A stretch of DNA of 35,951 nt from a virus (lineage: Duplodnaviria > Heunggongvirae > Uroviricota > Caudoviricetes): the IMG/VR virus record IMGVR_UViG_2711768050_000003, one strand, 5' to 3'. A program made the translations under genes and the position numbers. The notes below the pieces were generated by a model. It worked only from the letters and a program-made list of their open reading frames with translations. It made no database searches and was not told where the DNA came from. Of this stretch, positions 8,852 to 17,174 are shown piece after piece (positions within the stretch are counted from its first letter, which is position 1; each line of letters starts with the position of its first letter).

Positions 8852-9186
8852 ACAGTTTAACAACACACTACCGTCGCTCGCAACTGATTGCGCTTCCTGT
8901 ACCGGGTGGAAAAGCGAAGGTGGAATATTGCTATGCAGTGAATGTACCAGGTGACAGGGAAATTGTAACCCACAGCTTTGCAGAGTGGGCTGTGGGTGAT
9001 TTCAACCGGCAGAAGGAGACAGTCCTTTGCGACAAGTTAACCGCTGGTTCAAAGATCACTACGGAGTGCCCGTCAGAGTCATTCGTTGGGAGCCGGAAAC
9101 ACAACGGGTTATCTACCTCCGCGAAGGTTATGAGCATGAATGCTTCAGTCCGCTCGAACAGTTTCGTCGTAAATTCAGGGAAATAG
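8848..9186 (+). CDS. hypothetical protein (possibly only the first ~60 codons are real)
   Basis: 112-aa ORF with ATGA overlap to the upstream gene; the C-terminal half is Ser-rich and low-complexity and overlaps a better-looking frame. Confidence 0.3.
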   Translation: MNSLTTHYRRSQLIALPVPGGKAKVEYCYAVNVPGDREIVTHSFAEWAVGDFNRQKETVLCDKLTAGSKITTECPSESFVGSRKHNGLSTSAKVMSMNASVRSNSFVVNSGK

Positions 9187-9206
9187 AGGTCGGTCATGAG
9201 CACTAA
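9027..9206 (+). CDS. small hypothetical protein with TTG start, missed by the ORF track
   Basis: AGGAG (9014..9018), 8-nt spacer, TTG at 9027; 59 codons ([40 protein letters not shown]...) ending 11 nt into the replication gene; no in-frame ATG. Confidence 0.35.
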   Translation: MRQVNRWFKDHYGVPVRVIRWEPETQRVIYLREGYEHECFSPLEQFRRKFREIEVGHEH

Positions 9207-10137
9207 ATTAACCGGCTATGTATGGGATGGTTGCGCTGCATCAGGCATGAAGTTATCCAGCGTGGCAATTATGGCCCGCCTGGCTGATTTCAGTAATGAC
9301 GAAGGTGTGTGCTGGCCATCAATTGAAACCATTGCCCGCCAGATTGGCGCGGGGATGAGTACCGTCAGAACGGCTATCGCACGGCTGGAAGCTGAAGGCT
9401 GGTTAACGCGTAAGGCGCGTCGCCAGGGTAACCGCAATGCGTCGAATGTTTATCAGCTTAACGTTGCGAAGCTTCAGGCAGCGGCATTTTCTCAACTGTC
9501 AGATTCTGACCCGTCAAAATCTGACGCATCAAAATCTGACCCGTCAAAATTTGATGCGTCGAAATCTGGCAAAAAAGCGGGTTTTCACCCGTCAGAATCT
9601 GGCGGGGATCCGTCAGTAAAATCAAAACATGATCCGTCAGATAAAAATACTTCTCGTCCGGACGCTTCGCAACCGGACACGCAGACGGCTGAACAGGAGT
9701 TTTTAACTCGCCATCCTGATGCGGTTGTATTCAGCCCTAAAAAGCGCCAGTGGGGAACGCAGGATGATTTGACCTGCGCACAGTGGCTCTGGAAAAAAAT
9801 CATCGCCCTGTACGAGCAGGCCGCCGAATGTGACGGCGAGGTGGTTCGTCCCAAAGAACCGAACTGGACAGCCTGGGCAAACGAAATTCGCCTGATGTGT
9901 GTGCAGGATGGTCGTACTCACAAACAAATCTGCGAGATGTACAGCCGCGTCAGCCGCGATCCGTTCTGGTGCCGTAACGTGCTCAGCCCGTCGAAGCTGC
10001 GGGAAAAATGGGATGAGCTTTCCCTGCGCTTATCGCCGTCCGTCAGCACGCACACAGAAAAACGCGAAGACCCGTACTTCAAATCCAGTTACGACAACGT
10101 GGACTACAGCCAGATCCCGGCAGGATTCAGGGGGTGA
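9196..10137 (+). CDS. replication initiation protein (N-terminal HTH, internal iteron region, DnaT-like C-terminus)
   Basis: 313 aa; N-terminal HTH (IETIARQIGAGMSTVRTAIARLEAEGWL); gene body contains tandem 15-bp iterons as in lambda O. Confidence 0.65.
   Translation: MSTKLTGYVWDGCAASGMKLSSVAIMARLADFSNDEGVCWPSIETIARQIGAGMSTVRTAIARLEAEGWLTRKARRQGNRNASNVYQLNVAKLQAAAFSQLSDSDPSKSDASKSDPSKFDASKSGKKAGFHPSESGGDPSVKSKHDPSDKNTSRPDASQPDTQTAEQEFLTRHPDAVVFSPKKRQWGTQDDLTCAQWLWKKIIALYEQAAECDGEVVRPKEPNWTAWANEIRLMCVQDGRTHKQICEMYSRVSRDPFWCRNVLSPSKLREKWDELSLRLSPSVSTHTEKREDPYFKSSYDNVDYSQIPAGFRG
9505..9650 (+). repeat. Origin-like iteron array inside the replication gene
   Basis: Tandem 15-bp units TCTGACCCGTCAAAA, TCTGACGCATCAAAA, TCTGACCCGTCAAAA, TTTGATGCGTCGAAA (9505..9564), then degenerate CCGTCAG copies and an A-rich tract. 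Confidence 0.6.
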
Positions 10138-10139
10138 TC

Positions 10140-10628
10140 ATGAGTCTGTTAAATGACGTTCATAAATTCATTGAAGCCCATCCGGGGTGTACTTCCGGAG
10201 ACATTGCGGATGCTTTTGCTGGTTACTCACGGCAGCGCGTTCTGCAGTCAGCAAGCAAGTTACGTCAGAGTGGGCGTGTGGCTCACCGTTGTGAAGGGGA
10301 TACACGCAGACATTTCCCGCGCCTGACTGAGAGAGCGCAGGAGCCGGAACCACAACCAGTTCGTGAAACCAGACCTGCGCGCAATTTCTATGTCGGCACT
10401 AACGATCCCCGGGTGATTTTGTGCCTGACCCGCCAGGCGGAAGAACTGGAGTCAAGGGGCTTATACCGTCGTGCTGCAACCGTGTGGATGGCGGCATTCC
10501 GTGAAAGCCACTCCCAGCCAGAACGAAACAATTTTCTGGCGCGTCGTGAGCGGTGCTTACGGAAAAGCAGCAAGCGCGCTGCATCGGGTGAAGAGTGGTA
10601 TCTGTCAGGGAATTACGTGGGGGCTTAA
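10140..10628 (+). CDS. PerC/ANR-family-like transcriptional regulator (tentative)
   Basis: Start at the ATG at 10140 after AGGGGG; C-terminal region resembles the PerC-type motif. Confidence 0.35.
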   Translation: MSLLNDVHKFIEAHPGCTSGDIADAFAGYSRQRVLQSASKLRQSGRVAHRCEGDTRRHFPRLTERAQEPEPQPVRETRPARNFYVGTNDPRVILCLTRQAEELESRGLYRRAATVWMAAFRESHSQPERNNFLARRERCLRKSSKRAASGEEWYLSGNYVGA

Positions 10629-10954
10629 TGACGACGTTAACTCAATGCCAGCAGCAGGTGCTGGATATGCTGATTTCTTATCAGAAAGAACGTGGCTTCC
10701 CGCCAACCAATCAGGAGGTGGCAACCATGCTGGGATACCGTTCAGTGAATGCAGCGGTGGAGCATCTTCGCGCACTGGAGAAAAAAGGTGTCATCACGAT
10801 AAAGCGTGGCGTGGCCCGGGGTATCACTCTTCATACCGCGGTGAAGGACGACGACAGCGAGGCGGTCGGGATTATCCGCGCACTGCTTGCCGGTGAGGAA
10901 AACGCAAGGCTGCGTGCAACCCACTGGTTACATGAGAGGGGCCTGAAAGTATGA
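10628..10954 (+). CDS. LexA-like DNA-binding-domain protein lacking the S24 peptidase domain
   Basis: 108 aa; MTTLTQCQQQVLDMLISYQKERGFPPTNQEVATMLGYRSVNAAVEHLRALEKKGVITIKRGVARGITL aligns residue-by-residue with the LexA N-terminal winged HTH; TAATG overlap with the upstream gene. Confidence 0.7.
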   Translation: MTTLTQCQQQVLDMLISYQKERGFPPTNQEVATMLGYRSVNAAVEHLRALEKKGVITIKRGVARGITLHTAVKDDDSEAVGIIRALLAGEENARLRATHWLHERGLKV

Positions 10955-11340
10955 AGCTGATCCTGCCTTTTCCGCCCAGCGTGAACACGTACTGGCGACA
11001 CCCCAACAAAGGGGCGTTTGCTGGTAAGAGCCTGATAAGCGCGGCGGGGCGAAAATTCCAGAGCGCAGCGTGCGCAGCAATAGTTGAGCAGTTACGTCGT
11101 CTGCCGAAACCAACGTCGGCACCTGCTTCAGTGGAGATCGTGTTGTTTCCTCCGGATAACCGGATCCGCGATCTGGACAACTATAACAAGGCGCTGTTTG
11201 ACGCCCTGACCCACGCGGGTGTGTGGGAAGACGACAGCCAAGTGAAAAGAATGTTGGTGGAGTGGGGACCGGTTATCCCGGAAGGGAAGGTCGAGATCAC
11301 TATCAGTAAGTACGAGAAACCGGCGGGTGCAGCCGCCTGA
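10951..11340 (+). CDS. rusA: RusA-family Holliday junction resolvase
   Basis: 129 aa; conserved RDLDNYNKALFDALT acidic motif and N-terminal PPSVNTYW typical of RusA. Confidence 0.8.
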   Translation: MKLILPFPPSVNTYWRHPNKGAFAGKSLISAAGRKFQSAACAAIVEQLRRLPKPTSAPASVEIVLFPPDNRIRDLDNYNKALFDALTHAGVWEDDSQVKRMLVEWGPVIPEGKVEITISKYEKPAGAAA

Positions 11341-11359
11341 TTAAGAGGAGAAACGAAGT

Positions 11360-12157
11360 ATGAATAATCTGATGGTCATTGATGGTATTGAAGTTCGTCG
11401 TGATGCTTATGGTCGTTACAGCCTGAACGATCTGCACAGGGCTGCCGGTTCTCTGGATAAGCATAAGCCTGCATTCTGGCTCCGCAATGAGCAAACTGAA
11501 CGTTTAATAAGCGAGTTGCAGATTTGCAACTCGGTCAATATAGAGCCAGTTAACGTTATTCGTGGCGGAAATAACCAGGGGACGTATGTCTGCAAAGAAC
11601 TGGTGTATGCCTATGCAATGTGGATCAGCCCGTCATTCCATCTGAAGGTGATCCGTACTTTCGACATGGTAACCAGCGCACCGGAAAAATTATCCGGACA
11701 GGCTGCTGACAAGATGCAGGCTGGTGTGATTCTGCTGGACTTTATGCGCCGGGAATTAAACCTGTCTAACTCTTCAGTGCTTGGTGCCTGTCAGAAACTC
11801 CAGGAGGCTGTTGGCTTACCGAATCTGGCACCGCGCTATGCCATTGATGCTCCTGCTGACGCGCCTGATGGCTCAAGCCGCCCCACGCTGTCACTGAGTG
11901 CACTGCTGAAGCAGTATGGTATCCGCCTGACAGCTAATCAGGCATATCACCAGATGGCGAAGCTGGGGATCGTCGAGCTGCGCGAACGATACAGCCGTAC
12001 CGCGATTAACAACATCAAAAAATTCTGGTCGCTGACGGCGAAAGGCTGCATGTTCGGCAAGAACATCACCAGTCCGGCAAATCCGCGTGAGACGCAGCCG
12101 CATTTCTTCGAATCCCGATTCCCTGAGCTGTTAAAGCTGCTCGATACCGTTCATTGA
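11360..12157 (+). CDS. KilA-N domain protein
   Basis: N-terminal KilA-N signature (YSLNDLHRAAG...KPAFWLRNEQT...YAYAMWISPSFHLKVI); GAGGAG RBS. Confidence 0.7.
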   Translation: MNNLMVIDGIEVRRDAYGRYSLNDLHRAAGSLDKHKPAFWLRNEQTERLISELQICNSVNIEPVNVIRGGNNQGTYVCKELVYAYAMWISPSFHLKVIRTFDMVTSAPEKLSGQAADKMQAGVILLDFMRRELNLSNSSVLGACQKLQEAVGLPNLAPRYAIDAPADAPDGSSRPTLSLSALLKQYGIRLTANQAYHQMAKLGIVELRERYSRTAINNIKKFWSLTAKGCMFGKNITSPANPRETQPHFFESRFPELLKLLDTVH

Positions 12158-12158
12158 G

Positions 12159-13154
12159 GTGACCGTGAGAGCACTACTGACCCCTGAAATAGCCCCGCGT
12201 ATGGGGATCGTATTGTTCAGACCCGGTTCAGAGCTGATGCCCCTGTTTATGCAGGGGCGTGTCCTGCTGGAGCCTGAGCCGGAACGTTATTCATCTTTCG
12301 CCAGTGGTGCCGTTCCCGCGGCATCACAACCGCTGGCGGATGATCCTGCCGTTCGGGCCGTGTTCTGCAATGAGGCAGTGATCCGTCGTGCTGGTGGCGT
12401 GGAATGTCTTGAAAGCTGGTTACTTCGTGAAAAGGGCTGTCAGTGGCCTCATTCCGACTGGCACAGCGAGAACATGACCACAATGCGACACGCGCCGGGC
12501 GCGATCCGTCTGTGCTGGCACTGCGATAACCAGCTGCGCGATCAGTTCACGGAACGGCTGGAATCAATGGCAACGGATAACTGTGCCCGCTGGGTGTTGT
12601 CTGTTGTGCGTCGGGATCTCGGTTTTGATGACAGTCACGTTGTGACAATGCCGGAACTGTGCTGGTGGCTGATTCGTAATGACCTGGCGGATGCCTTACC
12701 GGAAAGTGCAGCCCGTAAGGCACTGAGATTACCGAAGCCTGTTGTGCCGTCTGTCACCCGGGAAAGTGACCTTGTGCCTTCGATTCCTGCCACCAGCATC
12801 ATCCATGATAAGGCGAAAAAGGTGCTGGCGCTGAAAGTGGATCCGGAGTCGCCGGAGTCTTTTATGTTACGCCCAAAACGTCGCCGCTGGGTTAATGAAA
12901 AGTACACGCGCTGGGTTAAGACACAGCCGTGTGCATGTTGTGGAAAGCCTGCTGATGATCCCCACCACCTGATAGGTCACGGTCAGGGTGGAATGGGTAC
13001 AAAAGCGCATGACCTCTTTGTGTTGCCTTTGTGCAGAAAGCATCACGACGAGCTGCATGCGGATACCGTGGCATTTGAAGAGAAGTATGGCTCCCAGCTG
13101 GAGCTGATATTTCGTTTTATCGATCGTGCGCTGGCAATTGGCGTGCTGGCGTAA
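12159..13154 (+). CDS. DUF968-type protein with C-terminal Cys/His HNH-like motif
   Basis: 331 aa; C-terminal CACCGKP...HHLIGHG...CRKHHDELH cluster; GTG start (alternative GTG at 12165). Confidence 0.5.
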   Translation: MTVRALLTPEIAPRMGIVLFRPGSELMPLFMQGRVLLEPEPERYSSFASGAVPAASQPLADDPAVRAVFCNEAVIRRAGGVECLESWLLREKGCQWPHSDWHSENMTTMRHAPGAIRLCWHCDNQLRDQFTERLESMATDNCARWVLSVVRRDLGFDDSHVVTMPELCWWLIRNDLADALPESAARKALRLPKPVVPSVTRESDLVPSIPATSIIHDKAKKVLALKVDPESPESFMLRPKRRRWVNEKYTRWVKTQPCACCGKPADDPHHLIGHGQGGMGTKAHDLFVLPLCRKHHDELHADTVAFEEKYGSQLELIFRFIDRALAIGVLA

Positions 13155-13167
13155 GTGGAGAACGAGC

Positions 13168-13920
13168 ATGAACCTTGAAGCCTTACCAAAATATTACTCC
13201 CCAAAATCTCCAAAATTGAGCGATGACGCACCGGCGACAGGCTCAGGTGGTTTAACGATTACGGATGTGATGGCTGCGCAGGGGATGGTGCAGTCGAAAG
13301 CACCGCTTGGGTTTGCCTTATTCCTGGCAAAAGTTGGTGTTCAGGATCCTCAGTTTGCGATTGAAGGTCTGTTCAATTACGCGATGGCACTGGATAACCC
13401 GACATTGAACAAATTGAGTGAAGAAACCCGGTTACAGATCATCCCTTACCTTGTGAATTTTGCCTTTGCTGATTATTCCAGGTCTGCGGCAAGTAAGGCT
13501 CGCTGTGAGCATTGTGCTGGTACTGGATTTCATAATGTATTGCGCGAAGTGGTGAAACACTCCAGAAGCGGGGAATCTGTTATCAAGGAAGAGTGGGTGA
13601 AGGAACTATGTCAGCATTGCCATGGTAAGGGAGAAGTCAGCACCGCGTGCAGAGGGTGTAAGGGTAAAGGTATTGTCCTGGATGAAAAAAGGACCCGGCT
13701 TCATGGCACGCCTGTTTATAAGATTTGTGGGCGTTGCAATGGAAACCGGTTTAGCCGTTTACCAACCACACTGGCGCGGCTTCATGTCCAGAAGCTGGTA
13801 CCAGACCTGACGGATTATCAGTGGTACAAAGGATATGCAGATGTCATTGATAAACTGGTTACAAAGTGCTGGCAGGAGGAAGCTTACGCTGAAGCACAAT
13901 TGAGAAGGGTGACGAGATAA
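13168..13920 (+). CDS. late-gene antiterminator Q-like protein with DnaJ-type zinc-finger repeats
   Basis: Four CxxCxGxG repeats; GGAGA RBS before the ATG at 13168; positioned immediately upstream of the lysis region as Q is in lambdoid phages. Confidence 0.5.
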   Translation: MNLEALPKYYSPKSPKLSDDAPATGSGGLTITDVMAAQGMVQSKAPLGFALFLAKVGVQDPQFAIEGLFNYAMALDNPTLNKLSEETRLQIIPYLVNFAFADYSRSAASKARCEHCAGTGFHNVLREVVKHSRSGESVIKEEWVKELCQHCHGKGEVSTACRGCKGKGIVLDEKRTRLHGTPVYKICGRCNGNRFSRLPTTLARLHVQKLVPDLTDYQWYKGYADVIDKLVTKCWQEEAYAEAQLRRVTR

Positions 13921-14027
13921 GCGATTTTCGCCGAAGATAACGACATAATACTTGTGTTTCTCAAAAAATATGGATAAGATTTTCTCAACGATGGGGCTTG
14001 TGTATCTATCGTTGAACAATTTTTACG

Positions 14028-14052
14028 ACCTCGCTATTGCGAGGTTTTTTTA
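14028..14052 (+). terminator. rho-independent terminator downstream of the Q-like gene
   Basis: ACCTCGC-TATT-GCGAGGT followed by TTTTTTT. Confidence 0.6.
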
Positions 14053-14065
14053 TGGTTTTTTTCTA

Positions 14066-14097
14066 TTCAATCTACATCAAAATCAATGTGTTATAAT
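14066..14097 (+). promoter_or_regulatory. Extended -10 promoter (TGTTATAAT) driving the AT-rich cassette
   Basis: TGnTATAAT at 14089..14097, about 38 nt upstream of the 14135 ATG; no good -35. Confidence 0.45.
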
Positions 14098-14134
14098 GTT
14101 TTCTGTAAAACAACATTAAAGACAGGAGAACATT

Positions 14135-14404
14135 ATGAAACTGACCTCTATCCATCTTGAAATACTACGTCGAGTGAATGAATTGCAGCCAAAGGATTCT
14201 AGAATTCAGGCTACATCATTACCTCATCTCTCAGCAAAAGAGGTTAATTTTGCTATTTCAGATCTTGCTGATATAGGTTTTATCGATGTTATACGAAGCA
14301 AATCTGCCGAAGGTGGATTGATTGCTAATGAGATAACGTCAAAAGGTTTTGCTTTTTTGAGTGAGATTGGCGCTGAAAAAAATTCATCGATGAGCACTCA
14401 TTGA
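14135..14404 (+). CDS. small hypothetical protein, cassette gene 1
   Basis: 89 aa, strong RBS GACAGGAGAACATT-ATG; AT-rich; any winged-helix assignment is speculative. Confidence 0.65.
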   Translation: MKLTSIHLEILRRVNELQPKDSRIQATSLPHLSAKEVNFAISDLADIGFIDVIRSKSAEGGLIANEITSKGFAFLSEIGAEKNSSMSTH

Positions 14405-14418
14405 TTTCTGCTTCAATC

Positions 14419-14436
14419 GGCTGCCAATTGGCAGCC
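14419..14436 (+). repeat. Hairpin GGCTGCC-AATT-GGCAGCC, left copy of a repeated hairpin flanking cassette gene 2
   Basis: Perfect 7-bp stem, no U-tract; near-identical to the terminator hairpin at 15442..15459. Confidence 0.55.
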
Positions 14437-14601
14437 TAAACTGTAAAGTGAATTTAAAATCGCCTACAATTGATGCTTAAATTTTGTTCTGTATCATCTG
14501 CAGGTTTAGGGATATCACAGTAGCTTTCTGACAAGAAGAGTTCTTTTCTTCTACCAATGAAGTGGTTATGTTAACCTGCGCCAAATCGAGACTGGTGCGG
14601 A

Positions 14602-15408
14602 GTGGAATCGAAAGTGTCATATTTTTACAGAAGCAAGAATATTTCAGGTGTTTCTATAAATGAAGATAGCTTGATTAGCTTAAGCACGGCAATTGTCGAA
14701 CGCTGCGTTAAAATGAATGAGCAAGCTCAAAAGGAAAGTAGGGAAGTTTGTGCTCAATGTGTTTTTTTTATTTTGTTCGATGGTAAGGGGTATAAAGTTG
14801 ATTCTATCGGTGAGCTTGTGAAATACTTTAGACAGGCCACTAGGATTGATCAAATAATTTTTACTATTGAAACTTATCAAAGTCGACAGTCTAACAGGAT
14901 GAATGGATCTTGGATGGAGCTACGAATTGATGAGAGGAATTCAAATAGCAGCACAATGATTGTAGCATCGGAAGATAATGAGTGGGTTGACTCGTTATGG
15001 ATTACGATTCAGGATTTACTTAACAAGTGCAAAAATAAATTTAGATTTTTTAGAACAGCTTGGACTATGTTAAGTATCCAGATTTCAGGTGTGACAGTTG
15101 GCTTTTTGCTTAGCTTATGGACAGCCTCAAAACTGGCGCCAAAACTATCAATCGATGGTGCATTTGCTTTATCATTTATTTGTATCTTTATTTTGTTTTC
15201 GAACTTATGGAGCTTTGCTATTCCATTAATAATTAAGCTTATCGACTTTTTGTTTCCTAGTGTTAAGTTTGTTATTAATGGTAAAAATTACTTTCACTGG
15301 AGTGTTCAGGCTATAATTGGAGCGATTGCCAGTGCGGTTATATTGTATTTTATTAGCTCCATGTTGCTTTTTGCATTAGAAATGTTAAATAGCATCATTA
15401 AGAAATAG
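14602..15408 (+). CDS. hypothetical membrane protein (soluble N-terminal domain, 3-4 C-terminal TM helices), cassette gene 2
   Basis: 268-aa ORF, AT-rich; hydrophobic segments in the C-terminal 120 aa. Start uncertain: GTG 14602, GTG 14614 or ATG 14713. Confidence 0.55.
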   Translation: MESKVSYFYRSKNISGVSINEDSLISLSTAIVERCVKMNEQAQKESREVCAQCVFFILFDGKGYKVDSIGELVKYFRQATRIDQIIFTIETYQSRQSNRMNGSWMELRIDERNSNSSTMIVASEDNEWVDSLWITIQDLLNKCKNKFRFFRTAWTMLSIQISGVTVGFLLSLWTASKLAPKLSIDGAFALSFICIFILFSNLWSFAIPLIIKLIDFLFPSVKFVINGKNYFHWSVQAIIGAIASAVILYFISSMLLFALEMLNSIIKK

Positions 15409-15441
15409 TTAATGAATTAGTTATAATTACATCAATTCTAT

Positions 15442-15466
15442 GGCTGCCAAATGGTGGCCTTTTTTA
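15442..15466 (+). terminator. rho-independent terminator after cassette gene 2
   Basis: GGCTGCC-AAAT-GGTGGCC stem (two G-U pairs) followed by TTTTTT. Confidence 0.55.
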
Positions 15467-15516
15467 TTCCTCTCATTTCTATTTCTGAGAGGACTCACTG
15501 CAATAAGAGGTGGCTA

Positions 15517-15903
15517 ATGTCCGATCCGATTTCCGGCACAGGGTTAGCTGGTGGAGCCCTAACGGGCGCTAGTATTTATGGACTGCTGACCGGAACTGAT
15601 TACGGCGTTGTTTTTGGCGCATTTGCAGGGGCTGTATTCTATATAGCAACAGCAGCAGATCTGAGTGCATCGCGCCGACTGGCATATTTTATCGTGTCAT
15701 ATATTGCTGGGATCCTTTGCTCTGGATTGGTTGGCTCCAAGCTGGCAAACTTGACCGGATACAGTGATAAACCTCTGGATGCTATTGGTGCCGTAATCGT
15801 CTCTGCTTTAGCCGTTAAAATCCTGACGTTCCTGAATAATCAGGATATCGGCTCGCTGGTGGCGCTCATAACGCGCCGGGGAGGTTCAGGTGGAGCTAAA
15901 TGA
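15517..15903 (+). CDS. putative holin
   Basis: 128 aa from the ATG at 15517 with AGAGGTGG RBS; Gly/Ala-rich TM segments; first gene of the lysis cassette. Confidence 0.55.
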   Translation: MSDPISGTGLAGGALTGASIYGLLTGTDYGVVFGAFAGAVFYIATAADLSASRRLAYFIVSYIAGILCSGLVGSKLANLTGYSDKPLDAIGAVIVSALAVKILTFLNNQDIGSLVALITRRGGSGGAK

Positions 15904-16171
15904 CCCGACAGCAACTATTAATGCGCTGTTATGTGCTTGTGTTGTTATTACTCTGATGTTTTATCGTCGTGGTGATTCGCGGCATCGTCCGTGGGTTTCA
16001 CGTTTAGCCTGGCTGATTACTGTTACATACAGTGCTGTTCCGTTGGCCTATCTCTGTGGGATTTATCCCCATTCCTCATGGCCCATTATCGTGGCGAACA
16101 CTATTTTTCTTTCCGTGCTGGTGGCTGTCAGAGGCAACGTTGCACGTCTGGTTGATCATCTGAGGCACTAA
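15890..16171 (+). CDS. small lysis-cassette membrane protein (second holin or antiholin-like)
   Basis: 93 aa, two hydrophobic helices; GTG start overlapping the holin stop, ends at the endolysin start. Confidence 0.4.
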   Translation: MELNDPTATINALLCACVVITLMFYRRGDSRHRPWVSRLAWLITVTYSAVPLAYLCGIYPHSSWPIIVANTIFLSVLVAVRGNVARLVDHLRH

Positions 16172-16785
16172 TGAACCAACAATTATTTCAAAAGGCGGCT
16201 GGTATTAGCGCCGGGCTGGCTGCGCGCTGGTTTCCGCACATTGATGCGGCGATGAAGGAATTCGGCATTACAGCACCAGCGGATCAGGCAATGTTTATCG
16301 CTCAGGTAGGCCATGAGTCGATGGGGTTTAGCGCCGTAGTTGAAAATTTTAACTACACACCATCTGCGCTTGTGGCGACGTTCGGAAAGAGGATCACACA
16401 GCAGCAGGCTGATGCCCTTGGCAGAACATCCGGACATGCAGCTCGTCAGGATGCTATTGCCAATCTGGTGTATAGCAACCGACTGGGTAACAAAGCACCA
16501 GGTGATGGCTGGAAATATCGTGGTAGAGGATTAATTCAAATCACTGGCCTCCATAATTATCGCATCTGTGGCGCGGCGCTGAAGTTAGATCTGGTGACTT
16601 CACCTGAACAACTGGAACAGGAGCTACAGGCCGCGCGCTCAGCTGCATGGTTCTACACCTCTAAAGGTTGCATGGTCTACGGTGCCGATATTAATCGTGT
16701 TACGCGCATCATTAACGGCGGTCTGAACGGTATTGAGGATCGTAAGGTTCGATACAACAAGGCGCGGGCGGCGCTGCTGGTATGA
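16171..16785 (+). CDS. endolysin, glycoside hydrolase family 19 (chitinase-like)
   Basis: 204 aa; GH19-type motifs (QVGHESMGF, NFNYT, GRGLIQITG). Confidence 0.8.
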   Translation: MNQQLFQKAAGISAGLAARWFPHIDAAMKEFGITAPADQAMFIAQVGHESMGFSAVVENFNYTPSALVATFGKRITQQQADALGRTSGHAARQDAIANLVYSNRLGNKAPGDGWKYRGRGLIQITGLHNYRICGAALKLDLVTSPEQLEQELQAARSAAWFYTSKGCMVYGADINRVTRIINGGLNGIEDRKVRYNKARAALLV

Positions 16786-17174
16786 AGATGAGTTATTGGG
16801 CGCTCATTTTAGCGTTTATTGCTTGTATTGCTGGTGGTCTTGTCTGGTCAGCGAATCACTACCACGGAAAGTTTCTGGAGGAGCAGAAGCGTGCTGACGC
16901 TGCGGAACAGCGAGCTGATTCTACTGAGGCTATCACCGCGAATGTTCTGCGTACTATGGCAATAACGAACATCATTCAGGAGGCGAATCAACATGCAAAA
17001 CAGCAGATCGCACTGGAGTCACAGAGAACCCAGGAAGATATCAAAGTGGCTGTTGCGGATGATGATTGTGCTCTACGCCCTGTGCCTGCTGCCGCTGCTG
17101 ACCGGTTGCACCGGTACGCGGACAGTTTACGTGCCAGTTCCGGTGATACCACTACCGGCGAACCTGACCGCTGA
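16782..17174 (+). CDS. i-spanin (Rz-like)
   Basis: 130 aa; N-terminal signal-anchor TM followed by a charged coiled-coil region; overlaps the endolysin stop. Confidence 0.7.
   Translation: MKMSYWALILAFIACIAGGLVWSANHYHGKFLEEQKRADAAEQRADSTEAITANVLRTMAITNIIQEANQHAKQQIALESQRTQEDIKVAVADDDCALRPVPAAAADRLHRYADSLRASSGDTTTGEPDR

Noticed and set aside
9437-9650. Short tandem repeats that could be mistaken for a CRISPR array or VNTR
   Set aside because: Repeat units are contiguous 15-mers with no spacers, lie inside a replication initiator ORF and keep its frame; interpreted as ori iterons.
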